Notes under the pieces: generated by a model
Seen by the model: the letters and a program-made list of their open reading frames with translations, nothing else
The model's database searches: none
What the model was told of the DNA's origin: nothing
Program-made: the position numbers and the translations under genes
Sequence record: SRR22947727_857
Length of the DNA: 37,183 bases
Strand: one strand, 5' to 3'
Part shown: positions 1 to 9,365 of the stretch, one piece after another
Layout: every line of letters begins with the position of its first letter
Numbering within the stretch: position 1 is the stretch's first letter

Positions 1-27
1 CCTGCCACACCTTGCGGCCTGTCGCCC
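1..27 (-). tRNA. 5' portion of a tRNA, probably tRNA-Tyr (truncated by window edge)
   Basis: Reverse complement GGGCGACAGGCCGCAAGGTGTGGCAGG reads as an acceptor 5' strand, a D-arm (GCC..GG..GGC) and the start of the anticodon stem. It resembles Rhodobacteraceae tRNA-Tyr as I recall it, and tRNA-Tyr often lies next to rlmB. The anticodon is outside the window. A TTGACG -35 element lies upstream on the - strand (85-90). Confidence 0.6.
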
Positions 28-546
28 ACTTTAAACTGAGACGATTGCCTCGGTTTTGGCACGAGTACGACTTAGAAAATCGCGCGTCAACCCGAAAATT
101 GCCTTTGACAGAGTGAAGCGGGAATAAGCTGTAAACCCGCTTTGGGAAGCCGCAATTCTGGATCGAAGTTTATGTCGGCGCCTGAGGTGTTGGCAATTGT
201 GTTTAAAACGCAAACGGGCGCTGATTTTATTGCGTTTTGGGGGTTTGTAGCCCTATTTGCTGTGGCCTACCGCTGGGCACTTCGGCGCGGGGGCCAGGCC
301 GCGAACCGTGTATCGCGCAAGTTCGAACAGTCCTGGTGTTCCCGCTATGATCACGGGCTGCGTGGGCGCCGAAGAGCCGCGTATTTTCAGTTCATTTCGC
401 AACACTATGTATCGTCAATGTTCCCAGAGCGCGCAGCGCGGCTGGGTATAGGTGCTACAATATTTGCTGAAAATGCTATAGAATTTCACTTGCGCTTTGC
501 CGAGCCACCGCTGCATAAGGCCCCAGCGGCTAGGATCGGAAGACAG

Positions 547-1323
547 ATGAAAAAACCTACATGGATTGTTCAAAAAGAGCGTGATAAACGCGCGGCCGCG
601 GCGGAAACCATTTGGCTTTTCGGCATTCATGCGGTGCGCGATGCGCTCTTGAACCCAAAGAGAGTAAAGCTGCGCTTGCTTGTGACCAAAAACGCCTGTG
701 ACCGTCTGGGTGAGGCCATCGCAGAGGCCGGGTTGGAGCCTGAGCTTGTAGATCCTCGCAAATTTTCGGCCCCCATTGATCCGCAATCCGTGCATCAAGG
801 CGCTGCTTTGGAAGTCAAAGCTCTGGATTGGGGGCCTTTGAATGAGGTGGCGGCGGTGCGACCTGGCGAGGCGCCTGTGATCTTGCTGCTTGACCGGGTG
901 ACAGATCCGCACAACGTGGGCGCGATATTACGTTCGGCGGAGGTCTTTGGCGCGGCAGCTGTCATCGCGCCGCATCGCCATTCCGCGCCAGAAACGGGCG
1001 CCTTGGCCAAAACGGCAAGCGGTGCATTGGAGCGCCAGCCTTATCTTCGGGTGCAAAATCTTGCCGATACTATGGAGCGGCTCAAGACGATGGGGTATTT
1101 TATCTTCGGATTGGACGGGGAAGCCGAGGCGACATTGGAGGCCACATTGGGCCACCACAAAGGTCCAACAGCTCTGGTGCTTGGGGCTGAAGGACCGGGC
1201 CTGCGGGACCGCACGAAGGACACTTGTGATGCTTTGGTGAAAATTTCAGCGGCCGGGGGATTTGGCTCTCTCAATGTCTCCAATGCTGCGGCCGTTGGTC
1301 TTTATGCGGTCACCTGTCGGTAA
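547..1323 (+). CDS. rlmB: 23S rRNA (guanosine-2'-O)-methyltransferase RlmB (SpoU/TrmH family)
   Basis: LFGIHAV N-terminal domain, HQG, LDRVTDPHNVGAILRSA, LVLGAEGPG and SLNVSNAAA SPOUT motifs. ATG at 547 (MKKPTW) chosen as start; the frame is open upstream to 142. Confidence 0.93.
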   Translation: MKKPTWIVQKERDKRAAAAETIWLFGIHAVRDALLNPKRVKLRLLVTKNACDRLGEAIAEAGLEPELVDPRKFSAPIDPQSVHQGAALEVKALDWGPLNEVAAVRPGEAPVILLLDRVTDPHNVGAILRSAEVFGAAAVIAPHRHSAPETGALAKTASGALERQPYLRVQNLADTMERLKTMGYFIFGLDGEAEATLEATLGHHKGPTALVLGAEGPGLRDRTKDTCDALVKISAAGGFGSLNVSNAAAVGLYAVTCR

Positions 1324-1334
1324 CGCAAACTGGC

Positions 1335-1640
1335 CTAGCGATGGGCTTTTTCTTCAAGGCCGGACTGGGCTGTGCGGTGGGAAAGCTCGGCCAAAACATC
1401 GTCCAAGGCGATATCACGAGAAGCCAGCATCACCAGAAGGTGATACAGCACGTCGGCCGCCTCAGATGTGAGCGCTGCGTGATCGCCTTTAACAGCCTCA
1501 ATCAGCGCCTCAACAGCTTCTTCCCCAAATTTCTCGGCGCATTTCTCCGGACCCTTTGACAAGAGTTGCGCCGTCCAGCTGCTGCTGGGGTTTGCGGATT
1601 TGCGCGCAATGATGGTCTGTTCCAGCTCGTGTAATATCAT
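1335..1640 (-). CDS. hisE: phosphoribosyl-ATP diphosphatase
   Basis: [15 protein letters not shown] and [11 protein letters not shown] motifs; ATGA overlap with the hisF stop. Confidence 0.96.
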   Translation of the reverse strand: MILHELEQTIIARKSANPSSSWTAQLLSKGPEKCAEKFGEEAVEALIEAVKGDHAALTSEAADVLYHLLVMLASRDIALDDVLAELSHRTAQSGLEEKAHR

Positions 1641-2398
1641 GACATCCTCATCGGAATTCCAGCTGCGGCCATATGGGCTTTGGCCTCTTGAATGGTAAAA
1701 TCTCCAAAATGGAAAATTGACGCGGCCAACACGGCGCTCGCGCCCCCTTGGGTGACCCCCTCGACCAAGTGATCCAAATTGCCCACCCCACCCGAAGCAA
1801 TGACAGGCACCGATACTGCATCAGATATGGCGCGGGTCAGGGGCAGATTGAAGCCCGCGCGCGTGCCGTCGCGATCCATTGAGGTGAGCAATATTTCACC
1901 AGCGCCCTTTGAGACCACTATGCGGGCAAATTCTATCGCGTCAATCCCAGTGGCGCGCCGCCCGCCATGGGTGAAGATCTCCCATTTTCCGGGCGAGACA
2001 GTTTTGGCGTCAATCGCCACAACAATACATTGGCTGCCAAAATGATTGGCAGATTGGGCAATGACATCGGGATCTGCCACGGCGGCAGAATTGAAGCTGA
2101 CCTTATCTGCGCCGGCCAGAAGTAGGTTGCGCACATCTGCCGGGCTGCGCACACCGCCGCCGACGGTCAGGGGCATGAAACATTGCTCGGCTGTGCGCCG
2201 GGCCAGATCAAACAGCGTGCCGCGATTTTCATGGGTGGCCTTGATGTCAAGAAAGCACAATTCATCGGCCCCTGCCGCATCATAGGCCCGCGCCGCCTCT
2301 ACCGGGTCGCCTGCATCGACCAAATCGACAAAATTAACCCCTTTCACCACGCGGCCCTCGGCCACATCCAAGCAAGGTATGATCCGAGTTTTTAGCAT
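1637..2398 (-). CDS. hisF: imidazole glycerol phosphate synthase cyclase subunit
   Basis: [51 protein letters not shown]. Confidence 0.97.
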   Translation of the reverse strand: MLKTRIIPCLDVAEGRVVKGVNFVDLVDAGDPVEAARAYDAAGADELCFLDIKATHENRGTLFDLARRTAEQCFMPLTVGGGVRSPADVRNLLLAGADKVSFNSAAVADPDVIAQSANHFGSQCIVVAIDAKTVSPGKWEIFTHGGRRATGIDAIEFARIVVSKGAGEILLTSMDRDGTRAGFNLPLTRAISDAVSVPVIASGGVGNLDHLVEGVTQGGASAVLAASIFHFGDFTIQEAKAHMAAAGIPMRMS

Positions 2399-2426
2399 GA
2401 TCTGCCTCCTGCGCGCGCGCTCTGGG

Positions 2427-3143
2427 TCATGCCAGCGCCGCCAAAGCTTGCGGCAAATCAATCGCCCCATCATAGAGGGCGCGCCCTGAAATGGCGCCGG
2501 AGATCACGCCCGTGGCCTTCAATTCGCGTAGATCTTGCAGGCTGGAAACCCCGCCCGAGGCAATCACTGGGATGGACACGGCGCGGGCCAAGGCTTCGGT
2601 GGCGGCGATATTTGGCCCGCCCATGGCGCCATCGCGGTTGATATCTGTATAGATAATCGCGGCAATGCCGTCTTGTTCAAACTGCTTGGCCAAATCTGTC
2701 ACCATAATATCGGTTTCAGTGGCCCAGCCACGGGTCGCCACGCGGCCGTCGCGGGCATCGAGCCCCACGGCAATTTTCCCTGGAAACGCCTTCGCGGCTT
2801 CGCGCACCAAGGCCGGGTTTTCGACAGCCACGGTGCCGAGGATGACCCGTGACAACCCAAGATCAATCCAAGTTGCAATCGTTGCCATATCGCGTATCCC
2901 GCCGCCCAGTTGGCAGGGCACGGACACCTTGGACAGAATATCGCGCACGCTGGCGTCATTCACAGGTGTGCCGGCAAAGGCACCATTGAGATCCACCAGA
3001 TGAATCCAGCTACAACCGGCCTGCTCGAAGGCCAGAGCTTGATCTGCCGGGCTGTCGTTAAACACAGTCGCCTGGTCCATTTCGCCCTTGTAAAGGCGCA
3101 CGGCTTGGCCGTCTTTGAGGTCAATTGCGGGATAAAGGATCAT
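2427..3143 (-). CDS. hisA: ProFAR isomerase
   Basis: [48 protein letters not shown]. Confidence 0.97.
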   Translation of the reverse strand: MILYPAIDLKDGQAVRLYKGEMDQATVFNDSPADQALAFEQAGCSWIHLVDLNGAFAGTPVNDASVRDILSKVSVPCQLGGGIRDMATIATWIDLGLSRVILGTVAVENPALVREAAKAFPGKIAVGLDARDGRVATRGWATETDIMVTDLAKQFEQDGIAAIIYTDINRDGAMGGPNIAATEALARAVSIPVIASGGVSSLQDLRELKATGVISGAISGRALYDGAIDLPQALAALA

Positions 3144-3172
3144 AGGGTCTCGCCTTGCGTAAAGTCGGGCCA

Positions 3173-3811
3173 CTAGGGGCGCCAATTGAGAAAATTTGAG
3201 ATCAGGCGAAGCCCGGTGCCTTGGCTTTTCTCCGGATGAAACTGCATGCCGATGCGTGTGCCGGAGCTGACAATCGCAGAGATTTCACCGTCATAGTCCA
3301 CATGTGCCAATCTTTGGGTCACGTCCTGCAGGACAAAGTGATAGGAATGCACAAAATAAGCGTGATCGCCATTTTTCAGCCCCGCCAGAACCGGGTGCGC
3401 GCCCGTAATCACCAGATCGTTCCAGCCCATATGTGGCACTTTCAGCCTGGGGTCGGTCGGTTTAATGGGCCGGATATCTCCCGCGATCCAATTTAAGCCC
3501 GGGGTGGTTTGATATTCATGGCCGAAGCTTGCCATCATCTGCATCCCGACGCAAATGCCCAAAAAGGGTTTGGCGTCTGCTTCTACTGCCTCGAGCAGAG
3601 CCTCATAGAGGCCAGTTTTTTCCACCAAGGCCGCTTTGCAGGCGGGAAAGGCGCCATCACCGGGCAAGACCAGCCGGTCCGCGCGGCGCAGCACGTCAGG
3701 ATCTGAAGTGACAATCACCTCTTCATTGGGCAATTCTGCCGCCATGCGTTCAAAGGCTTTTTGCGCTGAATGCAAATTTCCGCTCTCATAATCGATTAAG
3801 GCTGTCAGCAT
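3173..3811 (-). CDS. hisH: imidazole glycerol phosphate synthase glutamine amidotransferase subunit
   Basis: [45 protein letters not shown]. Confidence 0.97.
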   Translation of the reverse strand: MLTALIDYESGNLHSAQKAFERMAAELPNEEVIVTSDPDVLRRADRLVLPGDGAFPACKAALVEKTGLYEALLEAVEADAKPFLGICVGMQMMASFGHEYQTTPGLNWIAGDIRPIKPTDPRLKVPHMGWNDLVITGAHPVLAGLKNGDHAYFVHSYHFVLQDVTQRLAHVDYDGEISAIVSSGTRIGMQFHPEKSQGTGLRLISNFLNWRP

Positions 3812-3815
3812 GAGC

Positions 3816-4403
3816 TTAGAGGCTGCCCTTGGTCGAAGGAATCGCATCAGATTTGCGTGGATCGGTTTCCAGCGCATCGCGCAGCGCGCGGGCGACAGAT
3901 TTAAAGGCCGCCTCCGCAATATGGTGGCTGTTGATGCCATGCAATTTATCGACATGCAGGGTCATGCCGCCGTGGGTCGAGAAGGCTTGAAAAAATTCAC
4001 GCACCAATTCTGTGTCGAAATTGCCGATTTTTTGGGTTGGCAGATCAAGATTCCAAACCAAATAGGGGCGGCCCGAGAGATCGAGCGCGCAGCGCACCAA
4101 TGCGTCATCCATAGCCAGCAGGCAATCGCCGTAGCGCCGAATGCCGCGTTTGTCGCCGAGTGCCTGGGTCAATGCCTGACCCAAGGCAATGCCCACATCT
4201 TCGACCGTGTGATGGTCATCAATGTGCAAATCTCCGGTGCAGCGCACGGTCATGTCCATCAAAGCATGACGCGCCAATTGATCGAGCATGTGGTCGAAAA
4301 AGCCGACGCCGGTCTGATTGTCGTAGAGGCCGCTGCCATCGAGATTGAGCTCGACTGAGATTTTGGTCTCTGCGGTATCGCGGGAAATGTGGACTTTGCG
4401 CAT
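3816..4403 (-). CDS. hisB: imidazoleglycerol-phosphate dehydratase
   Basis: [37 protein letters not shown]. Confidence 0.98.
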   Translation of the reverse strand: MRKVHISRDTAETKISVELNLDGSGLYDNQTGVGFFDHMLDQLARHALMDMTVRCTGDLHIDDHHTVEDVGIALGQALTQALGDKRGIRRYGDCLLAMDDALVRCALDLSGRPYLVWNLDLPTQKIGNFDTELVREFFQAFSTHGGMTLHVDKLHGINSHHIAEAAFKSVARALRDALETDPRKSDAIPSTKGSL

Positions 4404-4508
4404 GGTCTACCCTTTATGTTCCGGGGCCTTATAATCTGCTTGCGGGCTGTTGAGAAGGGGCAAGCGTGACAAGTGCTGCATCGGTGGGGGCGGCCTAGGG
4501 GTTTTGAC

Positions 4509-4538
4509 AAAAAAAAGGCGGTACCCAAAGGTACCGCC
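4509..4538 (-). terminator. Rho-independent terminator of the candidate sRNA
   Basis: GGCGGTACC-CAAA-GGTACCGCC perfect 9-bp stem preceded on + by A8 (U8 on -). Confidence 0.88.
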
Positions 4539-4575
4539 AGTCTATGCTTCGATTTCGGGAGGAAATTCTAGCTGC
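4509..4575 (-). ncRNA. candidate trans-acting sRNA, MmgR/alpha-r8 (suhB motif)/StsR-like
   Basis: The - strand reads GCAGCUAGAAUUUCCUCCCGAAAUC..., with the anti-SD UUUCCUCCC in a short AUUUC/GAAAU hairpin, followed by a 9-bp terminator stem and U8. A promoter-like TTG..TACAAA lies upstream. The 5' end is approximate. Confidence 0.65.
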
Positions 4576-4622
4576 CACCTTTGTAGCGAAAAATGCTGCA
4601 ATGCAACAACACTTAAGGTTGC

Positions 4623-4647
4623 ATTGCCGCTATGTGCTGAACGCATG
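4623..4647 (-). promoter_or_regulatory. putative LysR-type activator site (copy 1 of ATTGCCGCTATG-N8-GCATG)
   Basis: Shared with 15516-15540; contains an ATG-N9-CAT (T-N11-A) dyad; lies 13 nt upstream of a TTG -35-like element on the - strand. Confidence 0.45.
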
Positions 4648-4727
4648 ACACTGTGCGGATTTTATGTGCATCTGGGGGCAGATGTGATGCAAAATACACA
4701 GGAAGATCGACACCTGCGATGAGGCAT

Positions 4728-4758
4728 AAAAAAACCCGCGCCATGCGCGGGTGTTTTT
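4728..4758. terminator. terminator downstream of tRNA-Gly (possibly bidirectional)
   Basis: A7-CCCGCGC-CAT-GCGCGGG-TGTTTTT. Confidence 0.8.
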
Positions 4759-4765
4759 GACCAAT

Positions 4766-4840
4766 TGGAGCGGGCGAAGAGATTCGAACTCTCGACCCTA
4801 ACCTTGGCAAGGTTATGCTCTACCCCTGAGCTACGCCCGC
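4766..4840 (-). tRNA. tRNA-Gly (GCC)
   Basis: Reverse complement GCGGGCGTAGCTCAGGGGTAGAGCATAACCTTGCCAAGGTTAGGGTCGAGAGTTCGAATCTCTTCGCCCGCTCCA: full cloverleaf, anticodon GCC, encoded CCA. Confidence 0.98.
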
Positions 4841-4946
4841 ATCCGTTTGGTGAGGCTGAAATAGCCCCAGTGGCTTTGTCCTGCAAGGGGTAAAATGCCA
4901 TAATTGTCAGATTATTTTTGCCTGAGCCGCTTTGCTGGATCTTACG

Positions 4947-5744
4947 CTAGGACTCGGCGTCGAATGCGACGGGACATTCAGGCAGGTCAACATCCACATG
5001 ATGCAGCAGTGGCGAGATTGGATCCAAAAGTAAAACCCCATAGCCGCCCGGTTCCGCGACAGAGAGACTTGAGGCCCCAGCGCCCAGAACCATAGGCATT
5101 TGATGGCAGGGGCTTTTGATCATCGCGTGGGTGACACCGCGATAGGAGGACACAATGATCCTATGAATATGGCCGTTGATGACCATCTGGCAGCGGCCGG
5201 AGGCGGCGATCAGATCGGCCACTTCGGTGCCGTTTCTAAGATGGATGGCATCCATTCCATCAAACCCGGAGCGCAGCATGTGGTGATGCGATAAGATGAT
5301 CAGCGGCCCTTTGCCTGCCTCCAGCTTGGTTTTCAACCAGCCCAGACGCTCAATGCAAAGGTGCCCGCTGTGCCGGTCGTGGGCTTGTTCATCCAGCGTG
5401 TCGAGATAGAGCACATCGGTATCGCCAAAGCGGTGACGACCTTGGCGAAACCCGGCGGCAAGCTCTGGGAAGACTTCGGCAAATGCCTTGCGCCGGTCAT
5501 GATTGCCCAGCATGAGCGTGACAGGGAAGGGCTGATCCGCAAGGCATTGTTTTAAAGCCTCATATTGAGCGGCACCTCCATGATGGGTCAAATCGCCCAT
5601 AAGGAAGAGATGGGCGGCATCCGCATGATGCTGGGCGGCATGATCCAAGCAGCGCCGAAACCGGGCAGATGGATCTAAACCAATGATCTGTGTGCCAGGC
5701 TCTGTGATGTGAATGTCGGACATCAATAGGAGTTTTGCAGTCAT
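4947..5744 (-). CDS. calcineurin-like metallophosphoesterase (CpdA/GpdQ-like phosphodiesterase)
   Basis: SDIH, GDLT, LGNHD, HH and GHIH metal-binding motifs; GAGGAG RBS before ATG 5744. Confidence 0.88.
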   Translation of the reverse strand: MTAKLLLMSDIHITEPGTQIIGLDPSARFRRCLDHAAQHHADAAHLFLMGDLTHHGGAAQYEALKQCLADQPFPVTLMLGNHDRRKAFAEVFPELAAGFRQGRHRFGDTDVLYLDTLDEQAHDRHSGHLCIERLGWLKTKLEAGKGPLIILSHHHMLRSGFDGMDAIHLRNGTEVADLIAASGRCQMVINGHIHRIIVSSYRGVTHAMIKSPCHQMPMVLGAGASSLSVAEPGGYGVLLLDPISPLLHHVDVDLPECPVAFDAES

Positions 5745-5770
5745 ACGGCCCTCCTCGCGGGGCAAGTTAC

Positions 5771-8700
5771 CTATTCAAATTCGATCAGCAAATCCTTAGC
5801 ATCAATCTGCGCACCGGGGGTGACATGCAGGGCTTTGATCACCGCATCGCGCTCCGCATGTAGGCCGGTCTCCATTTTCATCGCCTCAATGGTCAGCAGC
5901 AAATCCCCAGCGCGCACCTGCGCTCCAGTGTGGGTTGCCACAGAGGCGACAACGCCGGGCATGGGCGCTCCGATGTGATTGGCATTGCCATTTTCGGCTT
6001 TGGGCCGGGCGGCGGTTGTGGATTTCACCTTACGATTGGGCACGCGGATCACGCGGGGCTGCCCGTTCAGCTCAAAGAACACCCGCGCATCGCCCTCGTC
6101 ATTGGTTTCGCCGACAGCTTGCAGCAAGATTTCAAGGGTTTTGCCGGGGTCAATCTCAGCGGTGATTTCCTCACCAGGCTGCATCCCATAAAAGAAGGTT
6201 TGGGTGGGCAGAGTTCGCACAGGGCCGTAGGTTTGGTGACGGCCCATGTAATCAAGAAACACCTTTGGATACATCAAATAGCCGTTCAAATCCTCATCAT
6301 CGACCTGTTTTCCCTCCAAAAGCCCGCTGACTTCGGCACGCAAGGCCTCAAGATCGGCGGCTGGCATGGATTTCCCCGGCCGCTCGGTCATAGGGGGCTG
6401 CCCCTTGAGAACTTTGGCAGAAATACCTGCGGGAAACCCGCCGGGGGGCTGTCCGAGATTGCCGCGCATCATATCGACCACGCTGTCAGGGAAGGCGACA
6501 TCGAGTGCGGGATCTTCGACCTCGGCGCGGGTCAATCCCTGCGAGACCATCATGAGGGCCATGTCGCCGACGACTTTCGAGCTGGGCGTCACCTTTACAA
6601 TATCGCCGAACATTTGGTTCACATCTGCATAGGTCTGCGCCACATCCTCCCAGCGATCTTCCAATCCCAATGAGCGGGCCTGGGCTTTCAGGTTGGTAAA
6701 TTGGCCACCGGGCATTTCATGGAGATAGACCTCAGAGGCGGGCGCTTGTAACCCACTTTCAAAAGCGCTGTATTGCGCGCGGACTTGCTCCCAATAGCTG
6801 CTGATCTTGCGAATTTCAGCAATATCTAAGCCGGTGTCACGCTCAGTATGGGCCAAAGCCTCTACTACGGAGCCCAAAGCGGGCTGTGAGGTGCCGCCCG
6901 CAAAGGCATCCATTGCAGCGTCCACCGCATCGACGCCGGCCTCGGCGGCGGCCAGCACTGTGGCGCCCGAAATGCCTGAGGTGTCATGGGTATGGAAATG
7001 AATGGGCAGGCCAACTTCTTGCTTGAGCGCGCCAATCAAAGCCTTGGCCGCCGCCGGTTTCAGCAGACCGGCCATATCTTTGAGACCCAGCACATGCGCG
7101 CCCGCAGCCTCCAACTCTTTGGCCATAGAGACATAATACTTTAGATCATATTTCGCCCGGTCAGGATTAAGAATATCACCGGTGTAGCAGATTGTGCCTT
7201 CGCAGACCCGATCCGCTTCGATCACCGCATCCATGGCGACGCGCATATTTTCCACCCAATTGAGGCTGTCAAACACCCGGAAGACGTCCACACCCGTCTG
7301 CGCGGCTTGGCGCACAAAGAATTGCACCACATTATCGGGGTAGTTGGTATAGCCCACTCCATTACTGGCGCGCAAAAGCATCTGGGTCATGACATTGGGC
7401 ATGGCGGCGCGTAGATCGCGCAACCGCTGCCAAGGGCATTCCTGCAAAAAGCGATAGGCGACATCAAAGGTCGCGCCGCCCCAGCATTCAACCGAAAAAA
7501 GCCCGGGCAGGCCCGCCGCATAGGCCGGAGCAATTTTGACCATGTCATGGCTGCGCATACGGGTCGCCAAAAGCGATTGATGCCCATCGCGCATGGTGGT
7601 GTCGGTCAGCAAGAGGCGGTCTTGCGCTTTCATCCAATCGGCCAGACCCTTTGGACCCTGCGCGGTCAGAATATCCTTGGTGCCCTGCGCGCGGTCACGG
7701 GCGGCGATTGGAGCTTTCGGCGGCTTCAAATCACTGGCCGGAAGGGCCCGACCTTGGGTCTCAGGATGTCCGTTGACCGTAATATCCGCAATATAGGTCA
7801 AGATTTTGGTGGCCCGATCGCGCCGCTTGCTGAATTTAAACAGATCAGGCGTCTTGTCTATAAAGCTGGTGGTATATTCGTAATTTAGGAAGGTGGGATG
7901 TTTGAGTAGGTTTTCCACAAAGGCGATATTGGTGCTGACCCCGCGAATCCTAAATTCGCGTAACGCCCGGTCCATACGCGCAATGGCCGCCTCAGGGGTG
8001 GGCGCCCAAGCGGTGACTTTTTCCAGCAGGCTGTCATAATAGCGGGTAATCACAGCGCCCGAATAGGCCGTGCCGCCATCCAGGCGAATCCCCATACCCG
8101 TCGCGCCGCGATAGGCGGTGATGCGACCGTAATCAGGGATGAAATTATTTGACGGATCTTCCGTGGTCACGCGGCATTGAATGGCATGGCCGTCCAGCCG
8201 CACATCGTCTTGGCTGGCCGTGCCTGTGGCTTCGGCCAGAGGTTTTCCCTCTGCTATGAGGATTTGCGCCCGGACGATGTCGATGCCGGTGACCTCTTCT
8301 GTCACCGTATGCTCCACCTGCACCCGTGGGTTCACCTCAATGAAATAAAATTCCTGGCTGTCCATATCCATCAAGAACTCAACGGTTCCGGCGCATTCAT
8401 AATTTACATGGGCGCAGATTTTCTTGCCCAGAGCGCAAATCTCAGCCCGCTGTGCCTCGGTCAGATAGGGGGCCGGCGCGCGCTCAACGACTTTTTGGTT
8501 GCGGCGTTGAACCGAGCAATCGCGCTCAAAGAGATGATAGATCTCGCCGAATTTATCGCCCAAGATTTGCACTTCCACATGGCGAGCCCGTTGGATCATC
8601 CGCTCCAGATAGCCCTCACCATTGCCAAAGGCCGCCTCGGCTTCGCGCCGGCCTTCTAACACCTTCTCTTCCAACTCCTCAGCATTATATATCGGCCGCA

Positions 8701-9211
8701 TTCCGCGTCCGCCGCCGCCCCAGCTGGCTTTGAGCATCAATGGGTAGCCAATTTTTGCCGCCTCTGCTCGGATTGCATCCATATCAGTGCCAAGAACATC
8801 AGTGGCGGGAACAACCGGCACATGGGCCTCAATCGCCACGCGGCGCGCGCTGGCCTTGTCGCCCAGCTGGCGCATAGTTTCCGCCTTAGGGCCGATAAAG
8901 GCAATGCCCGCTGCGGTGCAGGCATCTACAAAATCGGGGTTCTCGGACAGAAGACCATAGCCGGGATGGATCGCATCCGCGCCGCATGCCTTGGCCACGC
9001 GCAAAATTTCCTCAATGCTCAAATAGGCGGCCACTGGCCCTAGGCCTTCGCCGATCTTATAGGCTTCATCTGCCTTGAAACGATGCAGGCCGAGCTTGTC
9101 CTCTTCGGCATAGACGGCCACCGTGCGCTTGCCCAATTCATTTGCCGCGCGCATGATGCGAATTGCGATTTCACCGCGATTGGCAATCAGGATTTTTTTG
9201 AAGTCGGCCAT
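5771..9211 (-). CDS. pyc: pyruvate carboxylase
   Basis: Biotin carboxylase (ANRGEIA, HPGYG, RDCSVQRR), carboxyltransferase (RDGHQSL, HFHTHDT) and biotinyl (EAMKME) domains; 1146 aa. Confidence 0.98.
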   Translation of the reverse strand: MADFKKILIANRGEIAIRIMRAANELGKRTVAVYAEEDKLGLHRFKADEAYKIGEGLGPVAAYLSIEEILRVAKACGADAIHPGYGLLSENPDFVDACTAAGIAFIGPKAETMRQLGDKASARRVAIEAHVPVVPATDVLGTDMDAIRAEAAKIGYPLMLKASWGGGGRGMRPIYNAEELEEKVLEGRREAEAAFGNGEGYLERMIQRARHVEVQILGDKFGEIYHLFERDCSVQRRNQKVVERAPAPYLTEAQRAEICALGKKICAHVNYECAGTVEFLMDMDSQEFYFIEVNPRVQVEHTVTEEVTGIDIVRAQILIAEGKPLAEATGTASQDDVRLDGHAIQCRVTTEDPSNNFIPDYGRITAYRGATGMGIRLDGGTAYSGAVITRYYDSLLEKVTAWAPTPEAAIARMDRALREFRIRGVSTNIAFVENLLKHPTFLNYEYTTSFIDKTPDLFKFSKRRDRATKILTYIADITVNGHPETQGRALPASDLKPPKAPIAARDRAQGTKDILTAQGPKGLADWMKAQDRLLLTDTTMRDGHQSLLATRMRSHDMVKIAPAYAAGLPGLFSVECWGGATFDVAYRFLQECPWQRLRDLRAAMPNVMTQMLLRASNGVGYTNYPDNVVQFFVRQAAQTGVDVFRVFDSLNWVENMRVAMDAVIEADRVCEGTICYTGDILNPDRAKYDLKYYVSMAKELEAAGAHVLGLKDMAGLLKPAAAKALIGALKQEVGLPIHFHTHDTSGISGATVLAAAEAGVDAVDAAMDAFAGGTSQPALGSVVEALAHTERDTGLDIAEIRKISSYWEQVRAQYSAFESGLQAPASEVYLHEMPGGQFTNLKAQARSLGLEDRWEDVAQTYADVNQMFGDIVKVTPSSKVVGDMALMMVSQGLTRAEVEDPALDVAFPDSVVDMMRGNLGQPPGGFPAGISAKVLKGQPPMTERPGKSMPAADLEALRAEVSGLLEGKQVDDEDLNGYLMYPKVFLDYMGRHQTYGPVRTLPTQTFFYGMQPGEEITAEIDPGKTLEILLQAVGETNDEGDARVFFELNGQPRVIRVPNRKVKSTTAARPKAENGNANHIGAPMPGVVASVATHTGAQVRAGDLLLTIEAMKMETGLHAERDAVIKALHVTPGAQIDAKDLLIEFE

Positions 9212-9365
9212 GGGTATTCCTCGCTACAATGCAGTTGCAGCATTTAAAGCCAGAATTCCCACGGTTACAAATTGTTTTTTAAGTTATTCTCATCAAAATT
9301 CGCTCTTTTAAAGATTTTTACGTCTGTAAAATTCAAGTTCCGATCCGGTGAAATATGCAAATATG

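Noticed and set aside
1335..4403. his cluster lacking hisG/D/C/I
   Set aside because: A split his operon (hisBHAFE) is normal in alphaproteobacteria
4766..4840. tRNA-Gly as a possible island integration site
   Set aside because: No integrase, no duplicated tRNA 3' end seen, and core genes on both sides
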